DNA from: the human T2T-CHM13v2.0 reference genome, Homo sapiens
Length of the DNA stretch: 64,000 bases
Reading direction: 5' to 3' (one strand)
Assembly: GCF_009914755.1 (NCBI RefSeq)
Contig: NC_060933.1
Below, piece after piece: positions 57,100 through 64,000 of this stretch. Under the pieces are notes generated by a model. The model did no database searches and had not been told where the DNA came from. It saw nothing but the letters and a program-made list of their open reading frames with translations. The position numbers and the translations under genes are program-made. Position 1 is the first letter of the stretch. Each line of letters starts with the position of its first letter.

Positions 57100-59050
57100 T
57101 GTATTCGATTGCGTGTTGGAACTACGTGTAGACAAAACGATCGCGGTTAAAGCTTGCGGCTCAGAGCCCACCTGGCCGCGCTGCTGGGAAACGGACGGAG
57201 CGGCGCTTCAATCAGAGGTGAAGGTGCAGCAGCTGCTTAGCTGGCTTTGGTCCATCACTTCTGGGGACTTCAGATTCTCAAAATCTTAAATTCTAAACCC
57301 CACAGGAATGCAAATCTGCCCACCTTTTCCCACATAACTCTACCGTCGCTCAAACTCTTCCTGGTACCAGCGGGGAAGCGGAGGAGACCCAGGCAGGGGC
57401 CCGCGCTCGCTCGGCTGCAGCCCGACTCCCCTGCGCTCCCGGCCCAGGGCCGCGTCCCGACGGGGAAGTGCGCTGCGCCCGGGCGCCCCCGAGTGGAGGG
57501 GGGGGGAAGGAGGGAGCCGGCGGCGGGCGGGGCGGGGCGCGGTGACAGCCGAGCCGGGCCCGCCCCTGGCTCCCACCCCCGAGCCCACAGCTCCCGCCCG
57601 CCCGCGGCCGCCCGGGAGCTCGTCCAGCCCCGCGCTGCGCTCGCCCGCCCGCTGCCCGCCGGAGCACCGCGGCCTCCGCCCGCGTCCATCTGCCCGCCGC
57701 CCGCGCCTGTTCCGCAGCCCGCGTCCGCGCCGGCCCCACAGCTCTGCGTCCGGGTAAGCCCCCACCCCGCCTGGGGTCCCCCTCGCGCTCGCGGGGCTCC
57801 CTGCCCCCGCTCCGGGGCCTCAGCCATATCTGGGCAAAATATTCAGCTGTCGCCGCCGCCGCCAAGAGGGACTGAGCGTGGCTCCCTCTATAAATAGCTG
57901 CCGCCTCGGGTTGCCTCTGGGGCTAGGGAGCCCGGGTCTCGGGGTTCCGAGCCCAGCGCTCCCGTCCCCGCCTCCCCGCGCGCGCAGCCCTGGCCAGGGC
58001 GCCCTCCGCTCTGGACCTCCGCACCGCGTCTGTGAACGCGAGAAGGACCCGGGGTTCTGGAGGAGACGGCGCCCCGGGCTGGGGTCCTGGCGGAGGGGCG
58101 CCCCCGCCACCCGCAGGACTCCAGCGCGGCGGGGCTCTGAGCCCGCGGGGTGCTCAGCTGGGTACAGGTGCCAGCCGGAGCTGGGCTCGGGGGCGCGGCC
58201 TCTTCTCCGCCTGCAAGAGTCTGGGGGTGGGAGTGGGGGAGTAAAGGCTCGACTGGACGTGGATCCCAGGTTCGCGCTGAGAGTGTTTGGGGCAGGTGAA
58301 GTTTCCCAAACTGGGAGAGACAAGGTTTAAAGCACCACGACACGCGCTACGCGGCCAAATGGAGCTGGAAAGAGCTTGGAGGCGGGAGCCCCAGGTTGTC
58401 GCCGGCTCTCGGCATGGCCTTGGCAATCCCCCTCTTGTTTCTGGATCTCAGTCTCCCATTTGTAGGGGCGAGGTTTGGTAGCCGCGATGGAGCTGGGAGC
58501 CCAAGCCCTGAGAGCTGCAGGGCGCGCTCTTGGCCGCCTGCGCTCCCCACACCTGTTCACCCTCTCCGGGCCTGGGACGCTGGGGTCCCAGCCGCGCACA
58601 TGCGGAGACGCTGCAGAAATCGGAGACTGACTGCCCCAGACTCGATCGTATCCTGGGACTCACTAAGGCCGTCGGATATCCTAAGCCGTACAACCCTAGG
58701 AAGTGCACTTTTGGGGTGCCTATGGGCATCTCTCTGCTCCGTAGCCGGCAAAGCAGCCTGTGAGCCACGCAGCTTCAGATGCGATGAGCTGGGCAGGGGC
58801 AGTGGTTCCAGTACAGCCGCTCCCTGGCCACAGTTTCCCGGTCTATATCGGGCCTATGATGCGTCCTCCAACCTGCGCAGCGCCGCCCCCTCCTACACCC
58901 TTCACCCACCGCTACTATTACAGACCCTGTCTCCAGCCCTCGCCCTATGCCCTCAGACTCTCGGAGACGACCTGGCCCAAGCTCCTCCGTGTCTGAATCG
59001 CAGAACCAGACCCTGAACCCAGGTGCTGGGCCCTCAGCGTGAGAACCCCT
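57100..59050. promoter_or_regulatory. TMOD1: CpG island / promoter, probably of TMOD1
   Basis: Abrupt rise in GC and CpG density, with tandem GC boxes (ggcgggcggggcggggcg, 57521-57539). Gene identity comes from recalled TDRD7-TMOD1 adjacency on human 9q22, not from coding sequence. Confidence 0.8.
57550..57753 (+). other. TMOD1: Non-coding first exon, probably TMOD1 (start approximate)
   Basis: Consensus donor CGG|gtaagc at 57753/57754 downstream of the GC boxes. No ATG in the exon. Confidence 0.7.
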
Positions 59051-60049
59051 AGGGCCCCCACCCCATCTTTCTTCCAGAGGTGACTGCCATTTTGTCCTCT
59101 GTGCAGGGCCGCAGAGCCCCCTGCTCAAGGTCACACAGGGCCGGTCACGCCAGAAGTTCTGCAGTCTCCCAGCCTTTCCCATCTCTTTCCGCACCCTTCC
59201 CACTGCTCAGGCAGGTCCGGGAGCTCTGGGAGCACCCGATCAATGCCCCCTCTTCTTGAATCTGCTGCTGTTCTGGACTTTACCTTGTCTGGACAATAGC
59301 GCCCTCATCCTGAAGTTTCCTTTTTGCTTCTACTTTACTTTCTGTTATGTGTTTTTTTCTAAAGCCATCTCAAAGACTTACAGAAAAAAGAATTAACGGG
59401 AAATGGAGTCAGATAATAAAGTTTCCATCAGTTAGAGCCACACAACCAACAGGCAGAGTGAAAACAAGAATACTGTCACTTTGGTGTATTATCTTTAATG
59501 AGCTAGTCTTACAAACCCGTGTTTTAGAGAGTCATTGACCCTTGAGTTTCTCCCAGCCTAAGATGAAAGCCAGTGTCCTCTAAAAATAGCCTCCGCCCCA
59601 CCTTATCAGGGTCTCACACCTTCTCCCTCCTTCAGGGTAGGGCGTTTTCTTGCAGCTCAGCAAAAACAGAAAACACAAAGTAGGTGTGGCAGCTCTGAGC
59701 AATGGGAGGTGGACTGGCCTGGAGGTTAGGATATCTGGCTCCAGCCCCAACTCTGCCACCCACTCAGAGGAACCTTGAGCAATGAGGGGGCAGACAAGGT
59801 GGTCTCTAGTGGACCTGGAGTGGAGAGGGCTTAGAGTCTTCCTTGGAAGCCTTTCTAGCATGACCCATCCTGTAAGGAGGAGCTGGGGAAGGAGTGAGAG
59901 ACAGTGGCTTTCCCAGGTGCCAAGGGAGGACAGAGGTGGGCAGTGTCACTTGCTGTGGAGAGACAGGAGTAGGGGGATGAGGACTGGGAAAAGACCATCA
60001 GGATTGGCAGGGATCATGAGTGACTTAGACCAGGGTATTGCAGCAGGCT

Positions 60050-60200
60050 CAAAAAATGAGATCTGCCAGTGACCCAGCCTGTCTGAGCCTCGTTTTCTCC
60101 TCATACAATGGAGACAACAATAGCCCCATTTCATAGGGGCTGCTTGTGAGAATTAAGTGAGATGATTCAGGGCAAGCCCTCAGCCCAGAGCCTGATATTG
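60050..60200 (+). mobile_element. MIR
   Basis: tctgagcctcgttttctcctcatacaatggagacaacaatag...cttgtgagaattaagtgagat. Confidence 0.7.
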
Positions 60201-61599
60201 CAATGATAGTATTCGTTGTGGTGAGGGGGAAAGGCAGGAGCTAACAGGAGCTGAAGAAGTTCTCCACTTCTTCAGGCTGTAGGCTGAAGAAGGCTCTCAA
60301 CAGAGCCAGCAACTCTTTCTAAAAGCTTGGATGAGAAAGGAAGGGAGAGGGAAGGTAGCAGGAACTGAGGACAAGGAACAGAAGGGAGGCAGGCATTCTA
60401 GGATAAAGAGTATGGCAAGTAGTGAGAAGAACCCAGGAGAGGGGAGAGAGTTAAAGGGGAATCTAAAAGGTGTGCCCATAATGAGGATTGGGGACCTTCC
60501 TTAGTGACTTGCAGAATGTCACAGACTCTGCAGGTGGCCTTCATCCCCTGGAATGAGCAAAAAAAGGTAAAACGAAGCAGATCCTGGCTCAGACCCCTAT
60601 GTCTCTGGCAGACCAGTATCTGCGATGGAGGATGGTGATGGGCTGTGAAGAGTGTTTTGACCCTGCTCTGGGGCCTCATAACCTTGGCTTATTTATTTCT
60701 GAAATGACATCATCTATCGATGACTCCTGCTGAGCCCGGTCGTAATGGCCTTTTCCAGTCAATGTTTTGACTTTTCAGTCTTACTAATGGACCAGCCAGG
60801 CTGCCAACATTTCTAAAGAGGCCAGTTTACTTTTCCCTTAAAGCCAGAACACCAGATAAATCAATTATTGGGCTGCTAGGAGCCATTATCAGTTTAAAAC
60901 CACAGGCCTGTTTCTATGGAAAAGCATGAACCAGATAGCACAATTCCGGGCCATTTCCTCTCTTTTGTTTTGTTTTGTAAAATCTTCCTTTGGCTAATCA
61001 TGATAGAACCTAATTCTCTTTGCTCTTAATGAGAGAATGAGCTCATTGGAGTCAACTTAGGACACGGTCTGGGAGGTTTTCTTTCGTGTTAGGTGTTGCT
61101 GGGTTTTTGTCTGATCTGAAAAACTAAACAAACTCAAGCATGCCTTTTGTTTCTCCTTCTCTTATGTCCTTTTGGTTTTCTTTCAGAGAAAAAAATGATT
61201 TGTGAAAGGGTTGGACATTACCATCTGTGAGGAGGAAAGAGGGAGGGAGAGGGAGACAAGGGCTTGCGTCCGTCCACGCATGTCCATCCCTGTCTCAGTT
61301 CATGTTCTCAGGGGCCCCAGCCTCAGGCCCCACTCACTCTGGGGCTTCAAGGGTGGTGACCCCAGGGCCGTTTCTAGCGATGATTCTGGAGGGTGATGAG
61401 TTGTGACCACTGCGTTGTTGCTCTCCATGCCCAAAGGAATGAAGGAAAGCAGAACTGCCTCTGGGCATCCTTCAGCCTCCTTCATAGACTCATCGCTGCT
61501 GCCCATCGCTTTGCTGTTGGTGCCTTGGTGCCACTCCTACCCCTATTCTCTTTCCACCGCACACTCTCACAGTCTCATTCACTCCCACGACTCCAGTCA

Positions 61600-62402
61600 C
61601 CTCCCAACTCCCTAATTCTTGCATCAAGCTGGACTGTGCTCCTCATCTATAGACATCTCTGCCTCCTGATTCCTTTCTCTTCACCACCCCATTCATTTGC
61701 CCACCAAGTCCTGTCAATGCTACCTTCCTTAATTTCTCTTACATCCATTTCTATCGCCACATCCAGTACCCCAGTAAGGACTTCCTCTCTCCCCTAAGCT
61801 GCTCTCAGAGCCTCTTAAAGGTATTTCTGCCTCAAGTCATTCCTTCTTCCATGCTGCTCTTAAAAGATCTTCACCTGCGTCAATTGTCTCCCTTCAGGGA
61901 CTCCCCATTTCCTAAGGGATAAAGACCAGATTCATTAGCCTCTAAGACCGGGCCTCAAGCTACTTCTCCAAAATCATCTCTAGGCACTCCTCCAAATTCT
62001 CTTTACCTTCTGGCCATGGCAAAAGCATGCTGTGCCTTCATGCCTCCCTGCCTTTCCCCTGCTGTTCTTTCGGCCTTCAGTGCTGTTCTCCCTCTTCTCA
62101 GTCTGTGAACTTGTAATCACCCTTAAAAGCAAAGTTCTTCATTGATTTACCTGTACCCCCACAGCCCCCTGTGCCAACTCAGAGCACCAGCCAGAGTGTG
62201 TTCTAAATGGAACCACCCAATGATGTATCTCTGTCTCTGGCTAGACTAAAAGCTCCCTGAGGACGAGGTTTCTGACTCATTTATTTCTGCTTCCCCATGT
62301 GCAGCTCAGAGCTTAATGTGTGACATAGTACAGGCACTTCAGGTTTTAATAAATGGCTGACCACCGAATGAATGAATGAATGCATGAAATAAATGAATGA
62401 AG
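61600..62402 (+). mobile_element. L2 3' portion
   Basis: caccaagtcctgtcaat...tagactaaaagctccctgaggac...aataaatggctg...(gaat)n terminus. Confidence 0.75.
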
Positions 62403-62754
62403 GCTCTGTGATAACCAGGACAGTCACACAACACCAACCAGCATTTACAGCATGTTCTCCTACCCGACCAAATCATCAGCTCTATGAGGGCAGAGACCAC
62501 ACCTATTCTGCTCCCCACTGCCAGCTCTCCAGCTCCTATCAGCCCCATCATGATACGTAGCTAGTGTGAATCCAAGAGCTCATTTGAAATTCACAGTAAC
62601 CCCATGAGGGAGGAACAGCAAGTATTGTTACCTACCTTTTGTAATGGGACAGTGAACCCTAGTAGGAATTGTCCCAGGTCATCCAATTCCAGAAAACTGA
62701 AGTGCTCTCCAGGGTTTGACAAACTTGAGAAATGAGTCTTCTTGTTTTATATCC

Positions 62755-62992
62755 GTGCTTCTCTAACTTTAATGTGCATTGAAATTACTTGGGATCTTTT
62801 CAGAAATGCAGATTCTGGTTCAGTAGGTATGAGATGGGGCTTGAGAGTCTGAGTTTCTAAAAAGCTCCTTGCTTCTAATAAGCTCTAATAAGTTGATTAG
62901 AAAATAAACTTAATAATTCCTAATAAGCTCTAATAAACATCTAGTCAGGTGGTGTTGATTAGTATCTACAAACCACCACATTTTGAACACCA
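62755..62992. mobile_element. MER5A-like DNA element
   Basis: aaatgcagattctggttcagtaggtatgagatggggcttgagagtctg...accacattttgaacacc. Confidence 0.65.
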
Positions 62993-64000
62993 AGGTGAGT
63001 GCTAGTTACCACAAAGCTTCCTCCTGGCCATTGCATTAAGATAGTGGATTTTTAAATCTACAAATGAATTCATTTGTGCCTTGGATCAAAATCAAGGGCT
63101 CTTTCTGGTCAGCAAACTTCTTGCAAGTTTGGATCTATGAGCACAAGATGGGTGCCTGGGCAGTGCTGGGATGGGAACCTGAGACACCTGAGACCCTGAG
63201 ACATCAAAACCACTCAGAAGTGTGCAAAGTGAAGGTAAGAGAGAGGGAGACGTGAGGACAGACTTCCTCCATGCAAACCAAGAGAGATTTAAAAATTCAG
63301 AATGGATAGCAACATTGCACGCATTTGCTTATTATGGTTTTACATTGTATTCCACTTACAGCATTAAAAAGGCTTGAGATGGCTTAAAAAATAAACTACA
63401 TGACCAATGCAACTAGTAAGAACAGAAATTCTAGAAAGACAGGCAGAAACCCTGAAGATTAAGATCACGAAACTCCTGGAGAATCTGATTAGAGCTTATG
63501 AATTCTTGCTCCACAAAAATGAATATATTCATATACACAACAATTTGCATATCATTTCAGTGGGTGTGTGATTCCCCTGAAGCCTATTCAAAAGTCCGGG
63601 TTAAGAGCACCCGATACAGAGAATAAAGAGAGAAAATTATGCCAGTGCCCTGGCTGAAGATGACAACTGTATTTGGACACTCAAATTGGCTCTGAGATGA
63701 CTCATGGCAGCCAAGGGGAAAGGGGGGGACAAGATGAATGGGAGGACTCTTGGTGTCTGATAGTAGAAGGAAGAACATCAATCAGTCTTTCAGGAGAGGG
63801 AACTATTTTCTTAACCCCAATCCTCAGTATATTGTCAAGACAGGCCACTAGACAGAGGGCATAGTAGTTAAGGCGGACTCCGGATCAGTCTGCACAAGGC
63901 CAGGGAACCTAGGAGCAATGAAGGGCAGACTCAAATCCTTCATTAGTCCTTTGGGGGGCCTTAAATAGCAATTGACACATAATGAAACACAATCTATCTT

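Noticed and set aside
57889-57895. TATAAAT as the core promoter of the first exon
   Set aside because: It lies downstream of the exon's donor; better read as a MEF2 site or, at most, an alternative start site.
57270-59203. Many overlapping ORFs on both strands
   Set aside because: Expected from stop-codon scarcity in a CpG island; no recognisable domain.

Overview
Human (or near-identical hominid) genomic DNA. The + strand holds the last 11 coding exons of TDRD7 (16124-51831; probably exons 7-17). They splice into one open frame of 813 aa plus stop, encoding the third LOTUS domain and three extended Tudor domains, followed by a short 3'UTR with AATAAA at 52049. About 5 kb downstream is a CpG island with a non-coding first exon and intron 1, most likely TMOD1. 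That identity rests on recalled synteny, because no TMOD1 coding sequence is in the window. The rest is intron or intergenic DNA rich in transposons: Alus, L1PA/L1M, L2, MIR, two MER21 LTRs, a MER11 solo LTR, a Tigger3-like element, MER58/MER5 and one SVA. Main observations: (1) two consecutive GC-AG introns whose downstream exons both begin GTATG, so ligation rebuilds GT donors; around them sit an inverted Alu pair, a tailless antisense Alu and a competing upstream acceptor, together a candidate splicing-control module; (2) a both-ends-intact L1 missing ORF1; (3) an internally polyadenylated SVA; (4) two Alus inserted at the same target site; (5) a CArG-like/E-box/MEF2 cluster just inside the first intron of the CpG-island gene. 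Repeat subfamily calls and boundaries are by eye and approximate. I found nothing I can call a wholly new biological system.
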